This document shows, piece after piece, positions 1 through 8,214 of a DNA stretch of 32,065 nucleotides. The position numbers and the translations under genes are program-made. The notes below the pieces were generated by a model, which saw only the letters and a program-made list of their open reading frames with translations, made no database searches and had not been told where the DNA came from. Every line of letters begins with the position of its first letter. Position 1 is the first letter of the stretch. Source of the stretch: Candidatus Fraserbacteria bacterium (GTDB taxonomy: Bacteria > Bipolaricaulota > Bipolaricaulia > RBG-16-55-9); assembly GCA_037442925.1 (NCBI GenBank), contig JBBIPG010000021.1, positions 1 to 32,065 of the forward strand, read 5' to 3'.

Positions 1-59
1 AGGACATGCTGCCAGACATAGGATGGGAAGTGGTTCTGGAGTCGTTCCAGGATCGGCAT
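1..59 (-). CDS. Probable 5' end of the IS transposase (MPILERLQNHFPSYVWQHV..., runs off the window)
   Basis: Minus-strand AGGAGG (65..70) lies 5 nt before ATG (59). The frame is open to the window edge and sits inside the terminal inverted repeat. Confidence 0.7.
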   Translation of the reverse strand, partial: MPILERLQNHFPSYVWQHV

Positions 60-103
60 GGTATCCTCCTTCTTTTTCGTTACTGAAGGCTAGGATACCA
101 TGC
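56..103 (-). promoter_or_regulatory. Stem-loop sequestering the transposase SD and start codon
   Basis: Perfect 12-bp inverted repeat gcatggtatcct (56..67) / aggataccatgc (92..103), extended by ccttc (68..72) / gaagg (85..89). It covers the ATG and the AGGAGG. Confidence 0.75.
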
Positions 104-262
104 TTTTGCCCTCGTGAAAGACTTGTGTGACGAGGATTTTAGTCCAAAATCCCCAAGCTAACAAGCTATCTATTCCAGATGAAAGAGATCCCGGACTTGC
201 TCCAAAAAACAGCGATCGGGGGAGTCCTTAGACTCTTAGCTTAGGTCAGAAGCCCCACACGC

Positions 263-296
263 TTGACAATCGCACTCGGGTCCATGCTATTGTCAA
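263..296 (+). promoter_or_regulatory. Candidate promoter/operator upstream of the MBL hydrolase
   Basis: TTGACA at 263..268 and TATTGT at 288..293 (19-bp spacer). The element is also an inverted repeat, ttgacaat-N18-attgtcaa. Confidence 0.4.
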
Positions 297-370
297 AGGG
301 AAGTGAGGTGACCTGAGTTAGGCGCACTTGGCGGAATCACTGACTCTTTGAGTCTGGGAAGGAGAACGCC

Positions 371-1027
371 TTGCCCAACTTCCAACAGATAACCCCTCAT
401 ATCTTCAAGCTCAACCTGAGATGGCTAGGCATACCCATCGGGGTCTGGCTCGTCGAAGATCACGGCGAATGGACCCTAGTGGATGCCGGGGCCAAGTCGA
501 ATGGACCCGCTATCGTGGCAGCCGTGAAAGCCAAGCTGGTTGACACCATCCCCGCTCGCGTAGTGATCACCCACGGTCACCGCGATCACGTAGGCGGTTT
601 GCAGGCCGTCATAGATGCCTTCGATTGTCCGGTCTGGGCACACCCCAAAGAAAGACCCTTTTTGATGGGCGATATGATCTACCAACAGATCAGGTGGAGC
701 TGGTGGGGCTATCGCATCGGGAGCTACCTTGTTGCCGACCGGTGGCGCTATCCTGTGGCAAAAGAGATTGAAGAAGGCGATACCGTCGCTGGCTGCAAAG
801 TATTGCACGTGCCGGGACATACACCGGGTCACATCGCGTTGTGGCATCAGGAGGACCGCGCCGTCATCTGCGGGGATGTGTATGTCCATCTACTCATTGC
901 CCGCTTGGCTGGGACGATTTCGTTCTTCACGCCAGATCTGGCAGCTTCTCAACGATCCATGGAGAAGCTGGCCGCGCTCGATGTTGACTATATCTTGCCC
1001 AGCCACGGACCGCCGTATCATCGATAA
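371..1027 (+). CDS. MBL-fold metallo-hydrolase
   Basis: Motifs LVDAG, THGHRDH (HxHxDH), PGHTPGH, GD and PSHG. TTG start preceded by GGAG. Confidence 0.92.
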   Translation: MPNFQQITPHIFKLNLRWLGIPIGVWLVEDHGEWTLVDAGAKSNGPAIVAAVKAKLVDTIPARVVITHGHRDHVGGLQAVIDAFDCPVWAHPKERPFLMGDMIYQQIRWSWWGYRIGSYLVADRWRYPVAKEIEEGDTVAGCKVLHVPGHTPGHIALWHQEDRAVICGDVYVHLLIARLAGTISFFTPDLAASQRSMEKLAALDVDYILPSHGPPYHR

Positions 1028-1123
1028 CGGTGTGAGTCGTCGGAATCCACTCGTTTTTCACCTTCTTGGCATTCCTTTTCCACCCAAGATCTCATAGACT
1101 CAACAGCGAAAGGAGTGATCGTC

Positions 1124-1216
1124 GTGGCCATTCGAAATCGCGTGGCACCCATCTTGGTGAGCTTGGAGGCTCTGACGGTGTTGACGGGATTGCTCTTCTT
1201 CTTTCTGGGACTGTAA
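1124..1216 (+). CDS. Putative 30-aa single-TM small protein (MAIRNRVAPILVSLEALTVLTGLLFFFLGL)
   Basis: AAGGAG SD (1110..1115) before GTG at 1124, stop TAA at 1214..1216. Basic N-terminus followed by a hydrophobic segment. Too short for the ORF track. Confidence 0.5.
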   Translation: MAIRNRVAPILVSLEALTVLTGLLFFFLGL

Positions 1217-1249
1217 CAACGCGTCTACCTCATAAGAGAAGGAGGAATC

Positions 1250-1804
1250 ATGATGAGAAGTGTCGCTATTATTGGGATGATTCTAGCAGTCCTCCTCTTC
1301 GGCGTGAGTGCCCAAGCGGTTGATTTCAGCTTGGGAGGCGAGTTCATCCGAGGCATCGGCGTACAGAACATCGTGATTATCCATGAAGGTCCCTTCGGAA
1401 TCCACCTCGGAGGTGCGCTTGACCGCCAAGACTCCCAGAGCCGTGAGTTCGAGAGCGCCATCTTTGGCGCGTACGGCTCATTCTTGCTGAAATACTACAT
1501 GCCCTTGAACACACTTCCTCTGTCTGCCTACATGGGTGTGGGGTTCATTGGGGTATGGGTCGATTTGAGTGCAAGGGCAGAGAGCGAGACCGTGGCACTG
1601 GGCAGCGGTGCTGTGCTTGGCCAACAAGTCGTTGCCGGCCTGGAATTGGGATCTCCCAATCAGCTAGCCGCCCTCTACGCCGGTCTGACGTATGTAGACG
1701 TCCCCGAGCTTTCGATGAATCTCTTGGGACAAGCGACACGTATACCTCTTGCAACTCATGGCATCACATTTCACTTGGGGGTCAGACTCGACTTGCGGCT
1801 CTGA
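1250..1804 (+). CDS. Secreted, small outer-membrane beta-barrel-like protein
   Basis: Strong SD (AAGGAGG), Sec signal peptide ending ...VSAQA, Gly/aromatic amphipathic strands (LKYYMP, AYMGVG, FHLGVRL) typical of 8-stranded OMP-like barrels. Confidence 0.65.
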   Translation: MMRSVAIIGMILAVLLFGVSAQAVDFSLGGEFIRGIGVQNIVIIHEGPFGIHLGGALDRQDSQSREFESAIFGAYGSFLLKYYMPLNTLPLSAYMGVGFIGVWVDLSARAESETVALGSGAVLGQQVVAGLELGSPNQLAALYAGLTYVDVPELSMNLLGQATRIPLATHGITFHLGVRLDLRL

Positions 1805-1813
1805 GTGAGCTAC

Positions 1814-3343
1814 TCAAGTCTTCGGTGCGAGCTCTTGGCGCACGTCATGGAGCAGTAGCTGAGTCAAAAGCCGCACGCCATATCCCGTAGCTCCTTTAGC
1901 GGGACAGTAGGCTCTCGTATCGACATTTTGAGCGGTCCCGGCGATGTCCAGGTGCGCCCACGGATACGAGACGAATTCCTGCAAGAAGATGGCGCCTGCG
2001 GCAGCTCCCGCCTGCGGTGTGCTTCCTTTGGCTAAGACGGAGTTGCCGATATCCGCTACTTCACTCTGGATGAGTTTCTTGTATTCTTCGTAGAGCGGCA
2101 GTTCCCAGACTCGCTCGCCCGTCATTTGTGCCGCTTCCTTGAGTTTTTCTAAGAGATCTCTATTGTTGCCGAAAAGTCCCGCCGCCTCTTTGCCCAAGGC
2201 CACCATGCAGGCTCCGGTGAGCGTCGCAAGATCAATCACCGCACGCGGGTGAAAGCGCTGAGCATAAATCAGAGCGTCAGCGAGAATGAGCCGTCCTTCG
2301 GCATCTGTGTTCGTGACTTCAACCGTCTTCCCATTGGCGTATCTCAAAATGTCGCCGGGCTTGAGAGCCCTCCCGCTGGGAAGGTTCTCCACTGCCGGAA
2401 CCAATCCGATCACGTGGAGCGGCAGCCCCAGAGCTGCGGCAGCACGCATCGTCCCCAAAACAGCCGCAGCTCCGGCCATGTCGTATTTCATGGCTTCCAT
2501 GCCCTCGCGGGGCTTGATCGAGATGCCCCCGCTATCGAACGTCACTCCCTTGCCGATGAGCACGATGGGAGCTTGAGTCTTCTTCTGGGGCAGATGTTCC
2601 AGCACGATGAGGCAAGGTGGTTCCTCGCTTCCACGGGCCACACCAAGGATGCCACTCATTCCCTCCGCCGCCAGCTCCTCTTCCGTCAGCACGCGACATT
2701 CCAGCTTCCACTCTCTTGCTAGTATACGCGCCCGCTCAGCCAGTGCGCGCGGGGGAAGACTCGCGCCCGGCTCGTTCGCCAGATCCCGCGCCAAACAGAC
2801 AGATTCGCCAATGAGCTGCCCTCTCTCCGCTCCGGCCTGAATTGCCGAAAGCTTCTCGCAGTCGGACTCCACTATCTGCAACCGTTCCAGCGCCTTTGAG
2901 TCCTCATCACCCTGTCGATACTTTCTGAACCGATAGCTTCCCAGAAGAGTCCCCTCGACGACCGCTTGAGCCGCTGCATCCGTGGGAAGACTACCGATGC
3001 CTGCTCCATGCACGATCGTCGTGAGTTCCCGGAATCTACTCGCCGCATGCGCCGCCGTGGCACTGGCCTCGCGAACTCCTTCGAGGTTGAACTTCTCTCG
3101 CTCACCAAGGCCTATCAAAAGAACACGCTTTGCAGGCATTTTTTGATCGGTGCGAAGGAGCAGCGTCTCGCCCTTTTCCCCTTCGAAATCTCCTTCTTGT
3201 AGCAAAGCGCTCAGCGCACCGCCCAGCGCTCGATCCACGGCACCGGCAGCACCTCCGGGTGCACGTACTCCCCGGAAGATCCCCAGGCAGAGAGCTTCCG
3301 TCTGGATCGTCGTGATATCGCCCTGAACAACTTGAATTTCCAT
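1814..3343 (-). CDS. pepA: Leucyl aminopeptidase (M17)
   Basis: GKGVTFDSGG, MKYDMAGAA, the NTDAEGRL signature and WAHLDIAG. Likely start is ATG 3343 (MEIQVV). Confidence 0.97.
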   Translation of the reverse strand: MEIQVVQGDITTIQTEALCLGIFRGVRAPGGAAGAVDRALGGALSALLQEGDFEGEKGETLLLRTDQKMPAKRVLLIGLGEREKFNLEGVREASATAAHAASRFRELTTIVHGAGIGSLPTDAAAQAVVEGTLLGSYRFRKYRQGDEDSKALERLQIVESDCEKLSAIQAGAERGQLIGESVCLARDLANEPGASLPPRALAERARILAREWKLECRVLTEEELAAEGMSGILGVARGSEEPPCLIVLEHLPQKKTQAPIVLIGKGVTFDSGGISIKPREGMEAMKYDMAGAAAVLGTMRAAAALGLPLHVIGLVPAVENLPSGRALKPGDILRYANGKTVEVTNTDAEGRLILADALIYAQRFHPRAVIDLATLTGACMVALGKEAAGLFGNNRDLLEKLKEAAQMTGERVWELPLYEEYKKLIQSEVADIGNSVLAKGSTPQAGAAAGAIFLQEFVSYPWAHLDIAGTAQNVDTRAYCPAKGATGYGVRLLTQLLLHDVRQELAPKT

Positions 3344-3354
3344 AGCAGCTCTCT

Positions 3355-3717
3355 TCAAGCGTGCGCGATCGGTGAGCGAAGATCGATCACGATCATTTCG
3401 TGCTGTTCATCCCAACGGGCCTCATAGCGTTGAGAACGGCTGTAGTCGATTCCGTAATAGTCCAGAAAAGCCAAGCCGGCTACAGAAGCCCCCATCCCCT
3501 TGTGGTTGAGCTTGTAGGCACCGGGTTCTTCGGCATCGTGGGTGGGTTTCAAGCCAATGAGCTGTTCCTCTTTGTCGTAGAAGAGCACCACATACGGATA
3601 CTCCGAGAGATTGAACTTCTGCACGGCTCCTTGAGAGAGGCTGATCTGTCCGTTCCTTCGAATCGACACACGAGTCTTGAAACTTCGACCAGTAGCGGTG
3701 AACCGCTGAAACGCCAT
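3355..3717 (-). CDS. Hypothetical 120-aa cytoplasmic protein, possible AbrB/swapped-hairpin-like DNA-binding fold
   Basis: ATG 3717 with AGGAG/GGGG upstream. The pattern VSIRRNGQISLSQGAVQKFNL...YVVLFYD...IGLKP resembles AbrB-like hairpins. Its stop lies just upstream of the pepA start. Confidence 0.6.
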   Translation of the reverse strand: MAFQRFTATGRSFKTRVSIRRNGQISLSQGAVQKFNLSEYPYVVLFYDKEEQLIGLKPTHDAEEPGAYKLNHKGMGASVAGLAFLDYYGIDYSRSQRYEARWDEQHEMIVIDLRSPIAHA

Positions 3718-3769
3718 CCCCTTGACCGCTCCTTTCGCATTTTCGTCTGAAGAGATCAACGCTATCCCG

Positions 3770-3798
3770 ATAATAACAGAGGGGAAGAGTTCAAGCAA
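3770..3798 (-). promoter_or_regulatory. Sigma70-type promoter for the hypothetical gene and pepA
   Basis: Minus strand TTGCTT-17-TATTAT with an extended -10 TG. Confidence 0.55.
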
Positions 3799-3817
3799 CG
3801 CTCGTAAAACAAGTGAC

Positions 3818-3846
3818 TTGCCGAGCGCTCGTACATCTTCTAAGAT
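3818..3846 (+). promoter_or_regulatory. Sigma70-type promoter for the CARDB gene
   Basis: TTGCCG (3818..3823)-17-TAAGAT (3841..3846), followed by the SD AAGGAGG. Confidence 0.55.
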
Positions 3847-3870
3847 CACTCCTGCAAGGAGGTAAAGAGC

Positions 3871-5181
3871 TTGAGCGATGTAAACAACCGTGTGAACAAG
3901 AGCGTATGGTGGTTGTGCGTCTGGTCTTTTGTAATTCTGCTGGTTTTAGGCAGCAGTCTGACTGTTGTGGCTCAGCCCAATCGCGCTCCAGATCTTATCG
4001 TCGAGCGTGTCGTCTTCGATCCGGTGGAGCCGGAGCCGGGAGTGGGGGTTGAGTTCAAGGCCACGATCACCAACCGAGGGAGGGAAAGAGTAGTCGCCAA
4101 TTTCAATGTCTATTTCGAGATTGACAATACGTTCCTAACTTCTCGTGTGGTCTCCTCGCACCTAGATCCGGGCAAGCAAGTAGAAGTGCAGACCCTCTGG
4201 ACGGCGGTTGAGGGGGAACATCTACTGCGGGTGCGGGTCGATGTGTTTGATGAGGTTCCCGAATCCGACGAAGCGAATAACAAGTACGAAACACGCCTAG
4301 AAGTTAGAAAGCCGGAAGGAATCCGCTCGATCACATTAGACTTGCTAGCAAACGTCAGTCAGGGCCTGCAGAAGACCGGCCAGGCGATCCAGATCCAGCC
4401 TGCCGATGACATCTTCCAACTGCTCAATACGTTCCAAGTGGCTCTCGGCCTCGCACGCCAAGAGCTGATCACGAGTGCCGACAAGATCTCCATTGCAAAG
4501 CAGACCCTGTCACCCAACCTTGCTGCCGAGGTACAGGTGCAAGCGAGTGATCAAGTAGCTGCCCTGTATCGTTCGCTCGCTTCGGCGTTCGATGTCGCCA
4601 TTCAAGGGATTCAGAGGCTAAACCCGCAGCTTCTCACGGAATCTTTCGAGCAGGTGCGCGCCCATCTCGTGGGGCTATCTGCCCTCTCCATCGAAGGGAT
4701 CAGTCTCGAGAGCGTGAGTGAAGCCATACCCCTCATGGATCAAGGACTGGAGAAGGCCGAGCAACTAGAGGCAGCTCTTGGGGGTGCGAAAGACATCGAT
4801 GTGAATGCAGTTGCGAGAGACCTCGTGGCGCTGCTCGCCCAGATCGGAGCGATTCTCACTCGCGTCGGGGCTGATGTGATGCAAACGAGCCAGGGGAGAT
4901 CAGCGAACTTCAGTGATAGCAAAGGCCAGTCCATCGTGCGCTATCAAGTGGGTCAAGAGCTGAAGATCACGGCTTCTCATGCCCAGCACCTCCAGTGGGA
5001 GGTTTTTGATCGTGACGGCCAAGCTGTCTTCATCGGTGAGGCACAAGCAGATCAATTCATCTGGCACGGGACAAGCAGCGACGGCAAGGCACTATCGGCC
5101 GGACGTTACTTCTATCGACTGACGATCACCACATCCGCCAGCTCTTGGATTGAGTTGGGTCAGATCGTCCTAAGCCCATAA
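3871..5181 (+). CDS. Secreted protein with CARDB domain, helical middle region and C-terminal FlgD-Ig/T9SS-CTD-like domain
   Basis: Signal peptide. CARDB signature PDLIV...ITNRG...W....GEH.LRV.VD...VPESDEANN. C-terminal VFDRDG...WHG...DG..LSAGRYFY. Confidence 0.8.
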   Translation: MSDVNNRVNKSVWWLCVWSFVILLVLGSSLTVVAQPNRAPDLIVERVVFDPVEPEPGVGVEFKATITNRGRERVVANFNVYFEIDNTFLTSRVVSSHLDPGKQVEVQTLWTAVEGEHLLRVRVDVFDEVPESDEANNKYETRLEVRKPEGIRSITLDLLANVSQGLQKTGQAIQIQPADDIFQLLNTFQVALGLARQELITSADKISIAKQTLSPNLAAEVQVQASDQVAALYRSLASAFDVAIQGIQRLNPQLLTESFEQVRAHLVGLSALSIEGISLESVSEAIPLMDQGLEKAEQLEAALGGAKDIDVNAVARDLVALLAQIGAILTRVGADVMQTSQGRSANFSDSKGQSIVRYQVGQELKITASHAQHLQWEVFDRDGQAVFIGEAQADQFIWHGTSSDGKALSAGRYFYRLTITTSASSWIELGQIVLSP

Positions 5182-5188
5182 GCGATTC

Positions 5189-6448
5189 TCAAAACGAGAT
5201 AGAAGCGTTAAAAGCCAGACTCTCAAGGCTGTGGGAAGCGAGCTGGATTGATAGCTCCAAGTCGATGAAAGGCTCGATTCTTGCCATCAAAGAGAACTCA
5301 CCTTCGGCGAACTTGAGGAGAGTCTCCGACTTTGAGAATGTGGCATCGGCTTGGAGCATAAACCCTGCTCGTTGAAGCACCAAGCTCGTTTTCAGTCTGG
5401 TCAGCCCAGAATCCGGCACAAGCGTTCCCGAAAGCCTCCAAGCCACAGCGTGCTCGCCAGAGCGGAACGCCCAATCCACAAGGGCGTTGACTCTGCGTAA
5501 GGCGAGCATCTCATTCCAGGTGATCTCCAGGGTGAGAGGTCCGGAGGTTCCTTTCAGCTCGGCTCCTTGAAGTCCCCCTCCGGAGAGCAGTTGGGCAAGA
5601 TCAAATTCGGTCGATGCTTTCCATAGAAAGAAGAGCCAATGGGTCTGGAAATCACTTGACAGCCTGCAATCCAGCGACGAAACTTCCTCAAGGCCACACT
5701 CCAAGGTATGATCACTCCACAGACCCGCGAGCAACGGTAGATCGCGAAGGCGAAGCGTCTCTGTGGTGAAGTTCAACTGTCTATCTTCGCAGACTCTGCC
5801 TGCGAAACTTCGATGGATGATGCTCCTACGTCTTGTCGGATCTAGACAGAAGCTGGTCAGGCTCTCAAAGCGCGTCCCGTTCTTTATATCTCCTTTCAAT
5901 GTGAGAGCAATCCCGAAGCCGAAATTCTGATCATGATGAGAATAGCTTGTCGGTGGCGAGGCGAGAGGGCTGGGGAAACTCATATCCTCAAAGACCAGCA
6001 GAGTCCCCAGCGTCAGTCCGCCGATGGTGTGCTCCCAACGAACTTCTTCTCGGACGAATAGGAGATGCCCTGGCGGGATGACCACGGGAATCCTTTCGCC
6101 GGTAGCAATTCGTTTTCGACCGAAAGGCGTAGCAAAGATGAACTGGCTTTTTAGAGTGATGCCCAGATCGAATTGAGTCTCCCAGAGCAAAGATTCCGGA
6201 CCTGTGAGCCCCATGGCACTTTCCATCTCGAAATAAAGTCCTCTCAGGGCCATCGCCAGCTGAAGCCGGGAGCCGAAATCCACAACCCACATCGGAGCTT
6301 GGCACAACAGATCAAGACATGAAGATGGAGTCAGCGAGATCTGTATGTGAAAGCTGCCCGTTATATCGGCGTGTGCGGGCTTTCCCTCTGAGCTTGTGAC
6401 CCAGATGCACAGAATCATCGTTATCTGAAGCCATCGTTGAAATGACAC
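5189..6448 (-). CDS. Secreted beta-rich protein, putative outer-membrane beta-barrel
   Basis: SD AAGGTGA, signal peptide ending PAHA, alternating hydrophobic strands throughout, terminal Phe (AFNASISF) and several Cys. Confidence 0.6.
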   Translation of the reverse strand: MSFQRWLQITMILCIWVTSSEGKPAHADITGSFHIQISLTPSSCLDLLCQAPMWVVDFGSRLQLAMALRGLYFEMESAMGLTGPESLLWETQFDLGITLKSQFIFATPFGRKRIATGERIPVVIPPGHLLFVREEVRWEHTIGGLTLGTLLVFEDMSFPSPLASPPTSYSHHDQNFGFGIALTLKGDIKNGTRFESLTSFCLDPTRRRSIIHRSFAGRVCEDRQLNFTTETLRLRDLPLLAGLWSDHTLECGLEEVSSLDCRLSSDFQTHWLFFLWKASTEFDLAQLLSGGGLQGAELKGTSGPLTLEITWNEMLALRRVNALVDWAFRSGEHAVAWRLSGTLVPDSGLTRLKTSLVLQRAGFMLQADATFSKSETLLKFAEGEFSLMARIEPFIDLELSIQLASHSLESLAFNASISF

Positions 6449-6639
6449 TATATCACCTTGATAGAACTATTTTACATGTGATTATAGTACTTCATCGCTC
6501 TGGAGGCAAGTGGGAACAACTACATCGAGATGCGGGTGCGGATGCTTTGAGGTTCCTTTCACCCGACTTCTATGGCATTTCTACGCCGTGATCGACTACA
6601 AGCACGAAGCAGAACAAATCCATGCAGGAGGAGAGAACG

Positions 6640-7143
6640 ATGCGCAAGGTTCATCTACTGAGTCTACTGGTAGTTGCTGTGGCGATGGGGTTATGGGCTG
6701 CTCCCGGCTGGGCTGATGAAGGACCAATACGAGTGGCTCTTGTGGTCCATGCCCAAGCTCCACTCTCCGATGACAGCCCTGTTGCTCGAGCGGTGTTTTC
6801 TGTTGCCCACCGAGGCTTGGAGTCGGTTGAGCGGTTACACCTCATCCCGCAGGATCGCATAGTGGCGGCTCAGCGGGTGCTGGGGTTTCACCTTACTGCT
6901 GACTCCTCTCCACGCCAGGTACGCGCGCTGGCGGACCTTTTGGATGCGGACGCGGTTGTGTTGATCCAGCTCTCGCTCGTTCGCGATGGGTTGATCGTCC
7001 TCCACGGGCTTGTCTTTAGCGCCGAGGGGAGGGTATTGGTCGAGTTTCGATCGGCAGTCTTCCGGCCGGATGTCGAAGAGCAGATCCAACGAGCTGTCAA
7101 GGAGTTCCTTGAAAAGATCATACCTGCCCTCTTGAGGCTGTAA
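6640..7143 (+). CDS. Secreted protein with CsgG/TolB-N/LpoB-like alpha/beta fold
   Basis: SD AGGAGG, signal peptide ending PGWA. The pattern IRVALV...RLHLIP...ALADLLDADAVVL is typical of this fold. Confidence 0.55.
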   Translation: MRKVHLLSLLVVAVAMGLWAAPGWADEGPIRVALVVHAQAPLSDDSPVARAVFSVAHRGLESVERLHLIPQDRIVAAQRVLGFHLTADSSPRQVRALADLLDADAVVLIQLSLVRDGLIVLHGLVFSAEGRVLVEFRSAVFRPDVEEQIQRAVKEFLEKIIPALLRL

Positions 7144-7167
7144 GCTCGCGATTCGGAAGGTTCCTCT

Positions 7168-7228
7168 GGCCGGGAGTCTCCACCTGCCCCAGGCTCCCGG
7201 CCCCCTCTCCCGCCTGCCCTTTTGGCGG
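7168..7228. terminator. GC-rich hairpins between convergent genes
   Basis: Stem ggccgggagtct (7168..7179) / aggctcccggcc (7191..7202) plus a second stem ccgcc/ggcgg (7210..7228). No clear U-tract. Confidence 0.5.
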
Positions 7229-7235
7229 ATTTGAA

Positions 7236-7520
7236 TTAGAGAGAAAGACGATCCTGTACTTGTGCAACCGTCATTCCCTTGATCAAAATCACTTTCTGTG
7301 GATGAGTCTCCCCAGAGACAATCTCTATGTTGCCTTTGGGGATCTTGAAGAGCTCAGCGAGCACGGCCATGCAGGCTTGATTGGCCTTGCCCTTCTCAGG
7401 AGCGGCTGTCACCGCCACAAGTAGTGTGTCCCCCCGCGCTCCCAGTACGGCATTCTGTTTGGCTTTGGGTTTGACCTTCAGCTGGAGGGTCACTCCCTGG
7501 GGTGTCTCCCTGAGTTTCAT
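7236..7520 (-). CDS. yggU: DUF167/UPF0235 family protein
   Basis: VKPKAK...VTAAPEKGKAN...IVSGET..QK family pattern. Start at 7520 or 7529. Confidence 0.92.
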   Translation of the reverse strand: MKLRETPQGVTLQLKVKPKAKQNAVLGARGDTLLVAVTAAPEKGKANQACMAVLAELFKIPKGNIEIVSGETHPQKVILIKGMTVAQVQDRLSL

Positions 7521-7611
7521 GCCGATCATTGTACCCTGCTTCCTTGATGCCTTCTATCGAAAGGTTCTCTCTCGAGGGTATACTCTTAGACGTAACCACG
7601 GGAGATCGAGT

Positions 7612-8202
7612 ATGATGTATGTCGGCGTGATCGAACGACAATCAAGTCATTTCACAGACGAACAGGACGCGAGCGCTTTGGCTGTCGCTTTCTTCCGCGC
7701 TTGTCTCTATGACATTGCCCTCTGTCATAGCGATCTCGACGAGGAGGTCCTTCGGCAGTGGGAGCGCATTCTGCGTGCAGGCCGGGTCCAGGACTATTCC
7801 ATCACCCGATATTTCCAGGCCATCGCAGGAGCCAAAAAACGCCTAAGAAACCCGCGCAATACCGTCGCCTACGTGATCTACAAGATGAGCCACGGTGGAC
7901 ATCCAGAGCAACCGGGTGTAGATCACGGCGAGCAACACAATCAGAACGCGCGCCACTGCATCGCGTGCAGTGCTCCCATCGATGAGGAACGCCGTCGACG
8001 CATGGTCGAGCGCATTGAGAAGGGTTATCGTCTGAAAGACGTGAAGACGCCCCTCGACTGCGATGAGATCGTCAATACCCATCTGACCCAGGAAGAGATC
8101 TTTCAATTCGTCGGTCATGAAGTGAGCTTTAGCTACCAAGAGAAGAAGATTCAAGAGATCTACGACGAACTCGAACGTCAGCAAGCAAGGTCGAAGCTCT
8201 AG
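7612..8202 (+). CDS. Hypothetical 196-aa protein, possibly a highly diverged ECF sigma factor with an HCxxC insert
   Basis: GGAG SD at 7601..7604. ECF-like size, RVQD...LRNPRNTVAYVIYKM (sigma2-like) and LTQEEIFQFVG (sigma4.2-like). Lies 12 nt upstream of an anti-sigma-like gene. The CDS itself is likely real; the function is tentative. Confidence 0.5.
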   Translation: MMYVGVIERQSSHFTDEQDASALAVAFFRACLYDIALCHSDLDEEVLRQWERILRAGRVQDYSITRYFQAIAGAKKRLRNPRNTVAYVIYKMSHGGHPEQPGVDHGEQHNQNARHCIACSAPIDEERRRRMVERIEKGYRLKDVKTPLDCDEIVNTHLTQEEIFQFVGHEVSFSYQEKKIQEIYDELERQQARSKL

Positions 8203-8214
8203 GGGAGGTGGACT

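Larger units (their letters stand above)
1..128 (-). mobile_element. Left end of an IS4/IS701-like insertion sequence, truncated by the window edge
   Basis: 113..128 (cgtgaaagacttgtgt) is the exact reverse complement of 31453..31468 (acacaagtctttcacg), which overlaps the stop codon of the DDE transposase at the other end of the window. A minus-strand SD and ATG lie just inside this repeat. Confidence 0.85.

Noticed and set aside
127..231. Short open frame after the IS end as the 3' remnant of an interrupted gene
   Set aside because: No recognisable motif. It cannot be supported without a homology search.
6500..6560. GGAAC-type ECF promoter motifs upstream of envelope genes
   Set aside because: No convincing, repeated -10 partner, and no matching motif upstream of the putative sigma gene.
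7381..7611. 273-aa version of the ORF ending at 8202
   Set aside because: The extension overlaps yggU antisense. SD plus ATG at 7612 is the better start.
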